The notes under the pieces were generated by a model that was not told the origin of the DNA, did no database searches, and was given only the letters and a program-made list of their open reading frames with translations. From assembly GCF_003334815.1 (NCBI RefSeq), contig NZ_QOWO01000004.1: a DNA stretch of 64,000 bases. One strand, given 5' to 3'. Positions 1-10,506 of this stretch are shown in pieces (the first letter of the stretch is position 1; every line of letters starts with the position of its first letter). The translations under genes and the position numbers were made by a program. Source of the DNA: Escherichia coli. Lineage in GTDB: Bacteria > Pseudomonadota > Gammaproteobacteria > Enterobacterales > Enterobacteriaceae.

Positions 1-406
1 CCAGCACCGCTTGCATCACGTCCTGGCTATTCCCAACGCTAAGTTCAATCGGCAACTGCGGATAATCATGGCGATAACGGGCGATAACTGCAGGCAGAAT
101 GTAGTTACCGATGGTACTACTGGCATAGATACGAATCGCGCCGTTGTCTTCGCGAAACAGTTGTTCGATTTCAACCGCCTGTTCAAGCAATGCCAACGCA
201 CGCGGATAGAGCAGCCGCCCGTGTTCATTAACAACCAGTCTTTTCCCCACGCGATCAAACAGTTGCACGCCAAGCTGCCCTTCCAGGTCGGTCAAGGCTG
301 CGCTCACTGCTGATTGCGACAACGCCAGCATCACCGACGCCTGGGTGGTTGATCCACTTTTCAATACTTCTGCAAAAACTTCCAACTGCCGGAGGGTGAT
401 GTGCAT
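1..406 (-). CDS. yeiE: LysR-family transcriptional regulator YeiE, N-terminal 135 codons; 3' end lies beyond the window start
   Basis: Reverse-strand ATG at 404-406 translates [11 protein letters not shown]..., a LysR-type HTH N-terminus; frame stays open to position 1; divergent from yeiH as in K-12. Confidence 0.85.
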
Positions 407-419
407 AGTCGCTTACCAC

Positions 420-438
420 TTATAAAGATTAATTATAA
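420..438. promoter_or_regulatory. Candidate LysR-type binding box (TTATAA-N7-TTATAA) in the yeiE/yeiH divergent promoter
   Basis: AT-rich repeat TTATAAAGATTAATTATAA between the divergent starts; inference only. Confidence 0.2.
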
Positions 439-504
439 ATATATAATCAATTTTATTTTTAAACCAGTTAGTCGTAACCTTATGCCCGGTTAAAGGAGAG
501 GGTT

Positions 505-1554
505 ATGACGAATATCACCTTACAGAAACAACATCGTACACTGTGGCATTTTATTCCGGGGTTAGCCCTGAGTGCAGTTATCACCGGGGTCGCCCTGTGG
601 GGTGGTTCCATTCCCGCGGTTGCGGGTGCCGGGTTTAGTGCCCTCACCCTCGCAATCTTGTTGGGGATGGTTTTAGGCAACACCATCTATCCGCACATCT
701 GGAAAAGCTGTGACGGTGGTGTGCTGTTTGCCAAGCAATATTTATTACGTCTGGGTATCATTCTTTATGGCTTCCGTCTGACGTTCTCGCAAATTGCCGA
801 TGTCGGTATCAGTGGGATCATCATTGACGTGTTGACGCTGTCCAGTACCTTCCTGCTGGCTTGCTTCCTGGGGCAGAAAGTGTTTGGTCTGGATAAGCAC
901 ACCAGCTGGTTGATCGGTGCCGGTAGCAGTATCTGTGGTGCTGCCGCGGTACTGGCGACTGAGCCGGTAGTGAAAGCGGAAGCCAGTAAAGTAACCGTGG
1001 CTGTTGCAACCGTTGTTATCTTCGGGACCGTCGCGATTTTCCTCTACCCGGCGATATATCCGCTGATGTCTCAATGGTTTAGTCCGGAAACTTTCGGTAT
1101 CTACATTGGTTCTACTGTGCACGAAGTGGCGCAGGTGGTGGCGGCAGGTCATGCCATCAGCCCGGATGCGGAAAACGCAGCAGTTATTTCCAAAATGCTG
1201 CGCGTGATGATGCTGGCTCCGTTCCTCATCCTGCTGGCGGCGCGTGTTAAACAGCTGTCTGGGGCGAACAGCGGCGAGAAAAGCAAAATCACTATTCCGT
1301 GGTTTGCCATCTTGTTCATCGTAGTTGCCATCTTTAACTCGTTCCACCTGTTACCGCAGAGCGTGGTGAACATGCTGGTAACGCTGGATACCTTCCTGCT
1401 GGCAATGGCGATGGCGGCGCTGGGTCTGACCACTCACGTCAGCGCGCTGAAAAAAGCTGGGGCGAAACCTCTGCTGATGGCACTGGTACTGTTTGCCTGG
1501 CTGATTGTTGGTGGTGGTGCGATTAACTATGTGATTCAAAGCGTCATCGCATAA
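505..1554 (+). CDS. yeiH: UPF0324 family inner membrane protein YeiH
   Basis: 349-aa ORF, highly hydrophobic multi-TM protein; position divergent from yeiE. Confidence 0.9.
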
Positions 1555-1627
1555 ACCACTACATCTTGCTCCTGTTAACCCGCTATCATTACCGTTTTCC
1601 TCCAGCGGGTTTAACAGGAGTCCTCGC

Positions 1628-2485
1628 ATGAAATACATTGGAGCGCACGTTAGTGCTGCTGGCGGTCTGGCAAATGCCGCAATTCGCGCCGCCGAAATCG
1701 ACGCAACCGCGTTTGCCTTGTTCACCAAAAACCAACGTCAGTGGCGTGCCGCACCGCTCACGACGCAAACCATCGATGAATTCAAAGCCGCCTGTGAAAA
1801 ATATCACTACACATCGGCGCAAATTCTTCCCCACGACAGTTATCTGATTAACCTCGGACATCCGGTCACTGAAGCTCTGGAAAAATCGCGCGATGCCTTT
1901 ATAGATGAAATGCAGCGTTGCGAACAGCTGGGGCTTTCTTTGCTCAACTTCCACCCTGGCAGCCATCTGATGCAGATTTCAGAAGAGGATTGCCTTGCGC
2001 GTATTGCCGAATCCATCAACATTGCGCTGGATAAAACTCAAGGTGTGACAGCGGTGATAGAAAACACCGCCGGTCAGGGCAGTAACTTAGGGTTTAAATT
2101 CGAACATCTCGCGGCGATTATCGACGGCGTGGAAGATAAATCCCGCGTCGGCGTCTGCATTGATACCTGCCATGCTTTCGCTGCCGGGTATGATTTGCGT
2201 ACTCCAGCCGAATGCGAGAAAACATTCGCGGATTTTGCCCGTACTGTCGGCTTTAAGTATCTGCGCGGGATGCACCTTAACGATGCGAAAAGCACCTTTG
2301 GCAGCCGCGTTGACCGCCATCATAGCCTCGGTGAAGGCAATATCGGTCATGATGCGTTCCGCTGGATCATGCAGGACGACCGTTTCGACGGCATTCCGCT
2401 GATCCTCGAAACCATCAACCCGGATATCTGGGCAGAAGAGATCGCCTGGCTGAAAGCGCAACAAACTGAAAAAGCGGTAGCCTGA
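1628..2485 (+). CDS. nfo: Endonuclease IV (AP endonuclease)
   Basis: 285-aa [42 protein letters not shown]... recognised as Nfo; SD AGGAG 8 nt upstream. Confidence 0.95.
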
Positions 2486-2487
2486 AG

Positions 2488-3576
2488 ATGAATAACCGGG
2501 AAAAGGAGATCCTTGCAATTTTACGGCGTAACCCGCTGATTCAGCAGAACGAAATTGCGGACATGCTGCAAATCAGCCGTTCGCGCGTTGCGGCGCATAT
2601 TATGGATTTAATGCGCAAAGGCCGGATTAAAGGCAAAGGTTACATTCTCACCGAGCAGGAATACTGCGTAGTGGTGGGGACAATCAATATGGATATTCGC
2701 GGGATGGCGGATATCCGTTACCCGCAATCGGCTTCTCATCCCGGTACAATTCATTGCTCAGCGGGCGGCGTGGGACGCAACATCGCCCACAATCTGGCGC
2801 TGTTAGGCCGTGACGTCCATTTGCTTTCAGTGATTGGCGATGACTTTTATGGCGAAATGCTCCTGGAAGAAACGCGCCGTGCCGGCGTGAATGTCTCCGG
2901 CTGCGTTCGTTTGCATGGTCAAAGCACATCGACGTATCTGGCAATTGCCAATCGAGACGATCAAACCGTGCTGGCGATTAACGATACCCATCTGCTGGAA
3001 CAGTTGACACCGCAACTACTGAACGGGTCGCGCGATTTACTTCGTCATGCGGGCGTGGTACTGGCTGATTGCAACCTGACAGCCGAGGCGCTGGAATGGG
3101 TCTTTACCCTCGCTGATGAAATCCCGGTGTTTGTCGATACCGTTTCAGAATTCAAAGCGGGCAAAATCAAACACTGGCTGGCGCATATTCACACCCTGAA
3201 ACCCACTTTACCGGAGCTGGAAATTTTATGGGGACAGGCGATCACCAGCGATGCTGACCGTAATACCGCAGTGAATGCATTGCATCAGCAAGGTGTTCAG
3301 CAACTGTTTGTTTATTTGCCCGATGAGTCAGTTTATTGCAGCGAAAAGGATGGAGAACAATTTTTGCTGACCGCGCCAGCGCATACGACAGTAGACAGTT
3401 TTGGTGCTGACGATGGTTTTATGGCGGGCCTGGTATATAGCTTTCTTGAAGGATACAGTTTCCGCGACAGCGCCCGTTTTGCGGTAGCCTGCGCGGCAAT
3501 TTCGCGCGCCAGCGGCAGCTTAAACAACCCTACCCTGTCTGCCGATAACGCGCTTTCATTAGTGCCAATGGTGTAA
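2488..3576 (+). CDS. yeiI: Uncharacterized PfkB/ribokinase-family kinase with N-terminal HTH domain
   Basis: 362-aa ORF; N-terminal winged-helix-like segment followed by sugar-kinase motifs (GGVGRNIA, DxxGAGD); paralog of PsuK. Confidence 0.9.
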   Translation: MNNREKEILAILRRNPLIQQNEIADMLQISRSRVAAHIMDLMRKGRIKGKGYILTEQEYCVVVGTINMDIRGMADIRYPQSASHPGTIHCSAGGVGRNIAHNLALLGRDVHLLSVIGDDFYGEMLLEETRRAGVNVSGCVRLHGQSTSTYLAIANRDDQTVLAINDTHLLEQLTPQLLNGSRDLLRHAGVVLADCNLTAEALEWVFTLADEIPVFVDTVSEFKAGKIKHWLAHIHTLKPTLPELEILWGQAITSDADRNTAVNALHQQGVQQLFVYLPDESVYCSEKDGEQFLLTAPAHTTVDSFGADDGFMAGLVYSFLEGYSFRDSARFAVACAAISRASGSLNNPTLSADNALSLVPMV

Positions 3577-3583
3577 CAATGTT

Positions 3584-3674
3584 GCCGGATGCGACGCTTA
3601 ACGCGTCTTATCCGGCCTACAAATCAGGCAATTTCAGCAAGTAAATGTAGGCCTGATAAGCTTGCGCATCAGGC
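3584..3674. repeat. REP/BIME element (two REP units in inverted orientation) downstream of yeiI and nupX
   Basis: GCCGGATGCGACGC...TATCCGGCCTACA and inverted TGTAGGCCTGATAAG...GCATCAGGC match the E. coli REP consensus. Confidence 0.6.
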
Positions 3675-3682
3675 AATGACAC

Positions 3683-4933
3683 TCAAGCTAAACCAATAAA
3701 GAGCCCGGCAATGGTCGCACTCATCAAGTTGGAAAGCGTCGCCGCCGCCAGCGCCCGTAAACCAAGCTGGGCGATTTCCGGCGCACGGTGTGGCGCAACC
3801 GCAGAAAACGCCCCCACCACCACCCCGATAGAACCAAAGTTAGCGAAACCGCACAACGCGAAGGAAATAATCGCCACAGTTTTAGCATCGAGAGTGCCAG
3901 CCGTTTGCAGATAGGGTGAGAAATTGAGATAAGCGACAAATTCATTTATTGCCAGTTTCTGTCCAATCAAACTCCCGGCAAGATTCGCATCACTCCAGTC
4001 CACACCCATCACCCACGCCAGTGGAGCCAGCAGGTAACCTAAAATGGACTCCAGCGAGGCATGTTCAAAACCAAACCAGCCACCAACGCCGCCGATAATA
4101 CCGTTAATCAACGCAATTATTGCAACAAATGCCATCACCACTGTTGCCACACCTGCGGCGATTTTCAGCCCGGTCATTGCCCCTGTCGCAGCGGCTTCAA
4201 TAATGCTTTTTGGCGGTGTTTCGGTGAAAGAGAGGTTATTAAAGGAAACCTGCGAAGATTCCGTTGCCGGGCTTAACAGGCGGGCAAACAAGATCCCGCC
4301 AGGGATCGCCATTAATGATGCCGCCAGCAGATATTCCACAGGCACGCCCAGTGCGGCGTAACCAATCATTGTCGAACCAGCAATCGAGGCCATGCCACTA
4401 CAAATCGCTGTAAATAATTCATTGCGATTCAGACGATCGATAAAGGGTTTGACGATTGCCGGAATTTCGTTTTGCCCGAGGAAAATGGTGGTGACCGCGA
4501 CGAATGACTCGATCTTGCTGATATTTAATGCTTTCTGGAAGATACCGCCGAGAATTCGAATTAAAATCCCCATCACACCGATGTAGTAGAGAATACTCAC
4601 CAGCGCGGTGACGAAGATAATTGCCGGTAACACCCTGAAACCAAAGATAAATCCTGCACCATCAAATAAGGTATCCATTTTCGGTCCGACCAGAGAACCG
4701 AAGATAAATGCGCTACCCGCGTCGCTGTACGCCATCACTTTATGCACGCCAAAAGCGACTTTTTCAGCGACCCAACGCCCTGGCGGTAACCAAAGCATAA
4801 TGCCGCCAATCACGACCTGTAACACTAACGCCGCGCCAACGGTACGCAGGCTGATCTTCTTCTTGTTTACTGACAGTAAAAACGCAATCGTCAGCAATAC
4901 CACCATTCCCAGAACACTTCTCATGACATCCAT
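3683..4933 (-). CDS. nupX: Concentrative nucleoside transporter family permease NupX
   Basis: 416-aa multi-TM ORF; about 85 percent identical to PsuT in this window. Confidence 0.9.
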   Translation of the reverse strand: MDVMRSVLGMVVLLTIAFLLSVNKKKISLRTVGAALVLQVVIGGIMLWLPPGRWVAEKVAFGVHKVMAYSDAGSAFIFGSLVGPKMDTLFDGAGFIFGFRVLPAIIFVTALVSILYYIGVMGILIRILGGIFQKALNISKIESFVAVTTIFLGQNEIPAIVKPFIDRLNRNELFTAICSGMASIAGSTMIGYAALGVPVEYLLAASLMAIPGGILFARLLSPATESSQVSFNNLSFTETPPKSIIEAAATGAMTGLKIAAGVATVVMAFVAIIALINGIIGGVGGWFGFEHASLESILGYLLAPLAWVMGVDWSDANLAGSLIGQKLAINEFVAYLNFSPYLQTAGTLDAKTVAIISFALCGFANFGSIGVVVGAFSAVAPHRAPEIAQLGLRALAAATLSNLMSATIAGLFIGLA

Positions 4934-5032
4934 AGTGATTATCTCTTCATGTCATATTGGGCGACGGCTTTCTGCCCATCAGAAATAGCCAGGCCTGCAT
5001 CTTGCGATACCGGCCCGGCTTGTTATCAACAC

Positions 5033-5974
5033 TTAATGGGTTTTGATGTAGCCGCGCACGCACTCTTCGACTAATCCCCAGAACCAGTCTGTATCAATAG
5101 TGATGCCGACTTTGGTATTGGCGGGCTTGCCAAGAACGCCCAGCTCGTCGCAGACGGTACGCCCATAGCAAGGGCCACTGTTGACGTCCACTTCGACGTA
5201 CATCTCCTGGGTTTTAATGCCATCAGGGTTAATCAGATAACCGATGCAGGTGGCGTCGTGCACCGGGCCGCCAGCAAGGCCGTAGTTTTCGAACTGCGTT
5301 TTGAGAGTGAAGTTCATGATGTCGCTGAACAGCTCTCCGGCGGGGCCGCCTGCCCTTTCCATCCGAGCAATCACGTCCGGGGTGCAAACGGTCTGGTTGG
5401 TGAGATCGAGGCCCATCATCACTAATGGAACGCCGGAGGTGAACACTACGCGTGCGGCTTCCGGGTCGGCAAAGATGTTGAACTCGGCAGATGGCGTGAA
5501 GTTGCCTGTACCGTAAGCGCCGCCCATTAGCACAATTTCACGGATTTTGGGCAGGATCGCGGGTTGCATACGCATTGCCACCGCGATATTTGAAAGCGGA
5601 CCAACCGGCACCAGAGTGATATCGCCATCGCTTGCCATCAGGGTATCAATGATATATTTCACCGCATGAGTGCTTTCTGCCTGGCGGGTCAGCGGCTCGA
5701 ATACCGGGCCATCCAGTCCGGTTTCACCGTGAATATTATCGGCAACGATTTGTTGACGCATAATGGGCTGCGGCATCCCCGCATAAACCGGAACATTAAT
5801 CTCCAGTTTCTGGCAAACATTCAGGCCATTAATTAATGTTTTATCAAGCGTCTGATTACCCGCTACAATAGTGATGCCTAATAAATCTATTGCCGGATGT
5901 TTCGCCGCCATCATTATAGCAATAGCATCATCATGACCCGGATCACAATCCAGAATAATTTTTCTCTTTTCCAT
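5033..5974 (-). CDS. rihB: Pyrimidine-specific ribonucleoside hydrolase RihB
   Basis: 313-aa ORF starting [23 protein letters not shown], the nucleoside hydrolase DxDxxxDD motif. Confidence 0.9.
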   Translation of the reverse strand: MEKRKIILDCDPGHDDAIAIMMAAKHPAIDLLGITIVAGNQTLDKTLINGLNVCQKLEINVPVYAGMPQPIMRQQIVADNIHGETGLDGPVFEPLTRQAESTHAVKYIIDTLMASDGDITLVPVGPLSNIAVAMRMQPAILPKIREIVLMGGAYGTGNFTPSAEFNIFADPEAARVVFTSGVPLVMMGLDLTNQTVCTPDVIARMERAGGPAGELFSDIMNFTLKTQFENYGLAGGPVHDATCIGYLINPDGIKTQEMYVEVDVNSGPCYGRTVCDELGVLGKPANTKVGITIDTDWFWGLVEECVRGYIKTH

Positions 5975-6142
5975 TGTTTATTTCCTCTGTTTCCAGTTGC
6001 GTTATTTTTTCTACAGCAAAGAAAATTCGACCGGGCCGATGATTGAATCTTAACAACAGCGTACGTATGCTAAATATGAGAAATCTCATAGCGGATAAAC
6101 ATCGTGAAAGAAATCCACAATAATGATCTTAAGCAGCAATTG

Positions 6143-6802
6143 ATGAGTGAATCCGCGTTTAAGGATTGCTTTTTAACGGATGTTTCAGCCGATACGCGGC
6201 TGTTTCATTTTTTAGCGCGTGACTACATTGTGCAGGAAGGGCAACAGCCGTCCTGGCTGTTTTACCTGACGCGAGGCCGCGCCAGGCTTTACGCCACGCT
6301 AGCTAATGGTCGCGTGTCGCTGATCGATTTCTTTGCCGCCCCCTGTTTTATTGGCGAGATTGAGTTAATCGATAAAGACCATGAACCGCGTGCGGTGCAG
6401 GCTATTGAAGAGTGTTGGTGCCTTGCGCTCCCTATGAAACATTACCGTCCGCTGTTATTAAACGACACGCTATTTTTACGAAAACTCTGCGTCACCTTAA
6501 GTCATAAAAATTATCGTAATATTGTTTCTTTAACTCAGAATCAATCATTTCCGTTAGTGAATCGCCTGGCAGCATTTATATTACTCTCGCAGGAAGGTGA
6601 TCTTTATCACGAAAAGCATACGCAAGCGGCAGAGTATTTAGGCGTTTCTTATCGACATCTTTTATATGTTCTCGCGCAGTTCATTCACGACGGTTTATTA
6701 ATTAAAAGCAAGAAAGGGTATCTCATTAAAAACAGAAAGCAGTTGTCAGGACTGGCGCTGGAGATGGACCCGGAGAATAAATTCTCCGGGATGATGCAGT
6801 AA
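6143..6802 (+). CDS. yeiL: Crp/Fnr-family transcriptional regulator YeiL
   Basis: ORF with cNMP-binding-like fold and C-terminal HTH; ATG at 6143 gives 219 aa; an upstream in-frame GTG at 6104 is an alternative start. Confidence 0.8.
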
Positions 6803-6825
6803 AAATTATTTTCAATAGCGCGATT

Positions 6826-6863
6826 GCCGGATGCAACGCTTAATACGTTTTATCCGGTCTACA
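6826..6863. repeat. REP element downstream of psuT
   Basis: GCCGGATGCAACGCTTAATACGTTTTATCCGGTCTACA matches REP consensus; same relative position as the REP downstream of the paralog nupX. Confidence 0.55.
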
Positions 6864-6872
6864 AATCGAGCA

Positions 6873-8123
6873 TTACGCCAGACCAATAAAGAACCCGGCA
6901 ATAGTCGCACTCATCAGGTTGGAAAGCGTTGCTGCTGCCAGCGCCCGTAAACCAAGCTGGGCGATTTCCGGCGCGCGTTTTGGCGAAATAGCCGAAAATG
7001 CGCCAACGACAACACCGATAGAACCAAAGTTAGCAAAACCACAAAGCGCAAAGGAGATAATCGCAATGGTTTTCACTTCCAGCGTGCCGCCTGTTTGCAG
7101 GTATGGGGAGAAACTCAGGTAAGCGACGAATTCGTTAATCGCCAGTTTCTGCCCAATCAGGCTACCCGCAAGATTGGCATCACTCCAGTCCACACCCATG
7201 ATCCACGCCAGCGGTGCCAGCACATAGCCAAAAATACTTTCCAGAGAGGCATTGGCGAAACCAAACCAGCCGCCAATTCCGCCGATAATGCCGTTGATCA
7301 GCGCAATAATTGCGACAAACGCCATTACCACCGTCGCCACACCAGCGGCGATTTTTAGCCCGGTCATCGCACCGCTCGCCGCCGCTTCGATAAAGCTTTT
7401 TGGCGGCGTTTCGCTGAACGACAGATTTTCAAATGTGACCTGCGAAGGCTCGGTTGCCGGGCTAAGAATACGTGCAAACAAAATCCCGCCAGGGATCGCC
7501 ATCAGCGATGCCGCTAACAGGTAGTCAATTGGTACGCCCATTCCGGCATAACCAATCATCATCGAACCAGCAATGGACGCCATCCCGCTACAAATTGCGG
7601 TAAACAACTCGTTGCGATTCATGCGATCGATAAACGGTTTAACGATCGCCGGGATCTCATTTTGCCCGAGGAAAATAGTAGTAACCGCAACAAAAGATTC
7701 GATTTTGCTGATGTTGAGGGCTTTCTGGAAAATGCTGCCAAGGATGCGAATCAGCAGCCCCATCACGCCAATGTAGTACAGCAGACTGATGAGCGCAGTA
7801 ACGAAAATAATCGCCGGAAGTACGCGAAAGGCGAAGATAAAACCCGCACCGTCAAACAGGACATCCATTTTCGGCCCAACCAGCGAACCAAAAATGAAGG
7901 CGCTACCGGCATCACTGTAAGACATCACTTTATGAACGCCTAATGCCGCCTGTTCTACTGCCCATTTTCCCGGTGGGAAGTAGAGCATGATGCCACCAAT
8001 AGCGATTTGCAGCAGCAGTGCGGCTCCAACCGTGCGCAAACTGATGCTCTTTTTATTCACTGACAACAGAAATGCTATTGCCAGTAACACCACCATCCCC
8101 ACAACACTTCTCATTATATCCAT
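6873..8123 (-). CDS. psuT: Putative pseudouridine transporter (CNT family)
   Basis: 416-aa ORF, paralog of NupX; last gene of psuK-psuG-psuT arrangement. Confidence 0.9.
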   Translation of the reverse strand: MDIMRSVVGMVVLLAIAFLLSVNKKSISLRTVGAALLLQIAIGGIMLYFPPGKWAVEQAALGVHKVMSYSDAGSAFIFGSLVGPKMDVLFDGAGFIFAFRVLPAIIFVTALISLLYYIGVMGLLIRILGSIFQKALNISKIESFVAVTTIFLGQNEIPAIVKPFIDRMNRNELFTAICSGMASIAGSMMIGYAGMGVPIDYLLAASLMAIPGGILFARILSPATEPSQVTFENLSFSETPPKSFIEAAASGAMTGLKIAAGVATVVMAFVAIIALINGIIGGIGGWFGFANASLESIFGYVLAPLAWIMGVDWSDANLAGSLIGQKLAINEFVAYLSFSPYLQTGGTLEVKTIAIISFALCGFANFGSIGVVVGAFSAISPKRAPEIAQLGLRALAAATLSNLMSATIAGFFIGLA

Positions 8124-8216
8124 AATGATTTTCCCTTCATGCCGGTAAACCCGGCGTCAGCGCCAGGTTTTGGTATGCTTGATGAGTACGGGCGACGGCT
8201 TTCTGCCCGTCAGAAA

Positions 8217-9155
8217 TTAACCCGCGAGACGCTGATATTCTTTGGCAATTTCGCTCGCCAGAATGGCGTTGTTGAACACCAGCTGGATGTTGGATTTCAG
8301 GCTGTCACCGCCGGTCAGTTCAGCAACGCGCGCCAGCAGGAATGGCGTACTTTCTTTACCAATGACTCCCTGAGCTTCAGCTTCAGCTACCGCCTGATCG
8401 ATCGCCGCATTGATAGTGTGTTCCGGCATAGCAAACTGTTCCGGGATCGGGTTCGCTACCACGAGGCCACCGTTCAGACCGCTTTGCCATTTCACCGCCA
8501 TTGCACGGGCAATTTCGCTGGCGCTGTCGAGACGAATGCTGACGTCAAACGGGCTGGTGCGGCAGAAAAACGCAGGCAGCGCTTTAGTCTGATAGCCAAT
8601 TAACGGCACACCGAAGGTTTCTAAATACTCAGTGGTTAATCCTAAATCGAGAATAGATTTCGCCCCGGCACAAACAACGGTGACATTAGTATTTGCCAGT
8701 TCTTGCAAATCGGCAGAAATATCGAAGGTATGTTCCGCCCCGCGATGCACACCACCAATTCCCCCGGTGGCAAATACTTTAATTCCGGCAAGCGCCGCAA
8801 TAATCATCGTTGAAGCCACAGTGGTTGCGCCATTTTTTCCGGCGGCAACAACAAAAGGTAAATCGCGACGACTAACTTTGGTCACGTTATGCCCTTCACG
8901 ACCCAGTAATTCAATTTCTTCTTTGCTTAACCCCACTTTCATCACGCCGCCAATAATGGCGATCGTGGCAGGTACAGCGCCCTGTTTACGAATAGTTTCT
9001 TCAACTTCAATTGCGGTCTGGGCATTTTGTGGGAACGGCATCCCGTGAGAAATAATGGTCGATTCCAGCGCCACAACCGGTTTTTTGTTTTTTAAAGCGT
9101 CCTGCACTTCCGGGGAAATTTGTAATAATTCAGGGGAAATTTTTAATTCAGACAT
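8217..9155 (-). CDS. psuG: Pseudouridine-5'-phosphate glycosidase
   Basis: 312-aa ORF recognised as PsuG (YeiN); overlaps psuK by 13 bp. Confidence 0.9.
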   Translation of the reverse strand: MSELKISPELLQISPEVQDALKNKKPVVALESTIISHGMPFPQNAQTAIEVEETIRKQGAVPATIAIIGGVMKVGLSKEEIELLGREGHNVTKVSRRDLPFVVAAGKNGATTVASTMIIAALAGIKVFATGGIGGVHRGAEHTFDISADLQELANTNVTVVCAGAKSILDLGLTTEYLETFGVPLIGYQTKALPAFFCRTSPFDVSIRLDSASEIARAMAVKWQSGLNGGLVVANPIPEQFAMPEHTINAAIDQAVAEAEAQGVIGKESTPFLLARVAELTGGDSLKSNIQLVFNNAILASEIAKEYQRLAG

Positions 9156-10084
9156 TCTGCGTTCTCCACTAACGATATAACGTTGGCAATCGATAAATCG
9201 GGGTTATTGGTGTATTCACAGGAGAGCGCCATTGACGAACATCCCTGTGCGAAACGAACAGATTCGGCAAACGGCATTCCGTCTACCCAACACGAAGCAA
9301 GTCCCGCCATCATGGCATCGCCCGCTCCGGTAACATTAATAACATTGGTTTTGATCGGCGCAGACCAGCCACTTTCACCGCTGATATCGCTGTAATAAAC
9401 GCCGTCGCCGCCCATGCTCAATACCAGTCGGTTCAGGCCATGTTGATGGAACCAGGCAGCAACTTTTGCCACATCTTCACGCCCTGACAGCGCAATCCCA
9501 CTCAGGGTTTCCGCTTCAAGGCGGTTTGGCTTGAGAGTGTGGATCTGATTTAGACGGTCGCGCACTTTGACACATTTCCATGCCGAAACCGGATCGACAA
9601 ATACGGGTACGTTGGCGGCATTATCCAGAATCCATGCCAGTGCCTCTTCACTGATATTACAGTCCGCGACAATGACCTTTGCCCTCTGAATAAATTCACC
9701 GTGCTGTGCGAGATATTCAGCTGTAATAGCGTTGCTAATATTCATGTCATTTATAGCAACCAGCATTTCACCGGTATTATCGAGTAATGATAAATAACTC
9801 GACGTATTTTCTCCCGGCACAATCAGGCATTTATCGACATAAACGCCAGATTGATTGGTTTGCGTTAGCAGCGATTGACCATAAAAATCACTGCCTACGG
9901 CGCTCAGTAGCCAGGCTTTGTTACCCAGCAACGCCAGGTTTTGTGCAATATTGCGCCCTACTCCACCAGGCGTAAATTTTATTTTACCTGGATTTGAATC
10001 CGCATAATTTAATGATTCATGTGAATATCCGGCGACATCAATATTCGCCGAACCTATAATTACGACATAATCCTTTTCGCGCAT
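9143..10084 (-). CDS. psuK: Pseudouridine kinase (PfkB family)
   Basis: 313-aa ORF with ribokinase-family motifs (GGVGRNIA, GAGDAMMAG). Confidence 0.9.
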   Translation of the reverse strand: MREKDYVVIIGSANIDVAGYSHESLNYADSNPGKIKFTPGGVGRNIAQNLALLGNKAWLLSAVGSDFYGQSLLTQTNQSGVYVDKCLIVPGENTSSYLSLLDNTGEMLVAINDMNISNAITAEYLAQHGEFIQRAKVIVADCNISEEALAWILDNAANVPVFVDPVSAWKCVKVRDRLNQIHTLKPNRLEAETLSGIALSGREDVAKVAAWFHQHGLNRLVLSMGGDGVYYSDISGESGWSAPIKTNVINVTGAGDAMMAGLASCWVDGMPFAESVRFAQGCSSMALSCEYTNNPDLSIANVISLVENAECLN

Positions 10085-10321
10085 AGCACGTCCTCTGGTA
10101 AAAAATTACCAACCCTGTCAATCCACAAGAATATAGATACTGCAAAGACGGTTTAAACATGTGTTCATATTTAAACATGTGCTCATAGTATGCATGTTTT
10201 ACGTAAAGTAAATTACCGCCAGAGAGGCAAAATGGGCAGATTTGAGCAGGCTCACAAAATGCGATTAAATGCCTGAATTACAAAAGCGAGGAATTTGTGA
10301 CGGGATGCACAGAACAGAACA

Positions 10322-10350
10322 ATAAAAAAGGGCAGAAAATAATCTGCCCT
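10322..10350 (-). terminator. Rho-independent terminator downstream of fruA (fruBKA operon)
   Basis: On the minus strand, hairpin GGGCAGA-N7-TCTGCCC followed by TTTTTTATT. Confidence 0.6.
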
Positions 10351-10506
10351 TGAGGAAATAACCTGAGTGTTTGATGAACGTTTGAAGTTTCTACTGAAAA
10401 ATAAAACCATTTAAATTCATAAAATTACATTCACAAACCGGTCATTCTCTTTGCGCTCATCAAATGTTACAGGACAGGAAATTTCTGCCCTGTAACACAC
10501 CTTTTA

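Noticed and set aside
10466-10496. Hairpin GTTACAGG...CCTGTAAC immediately downstream of the fruA stop as the operon terminator
   Set aside because: It lacks a U-run on the fruA strand; the hairpin at 10322-10350 with a following T-run is the better terminator candidate. It may still be a stabilising 3' structure.
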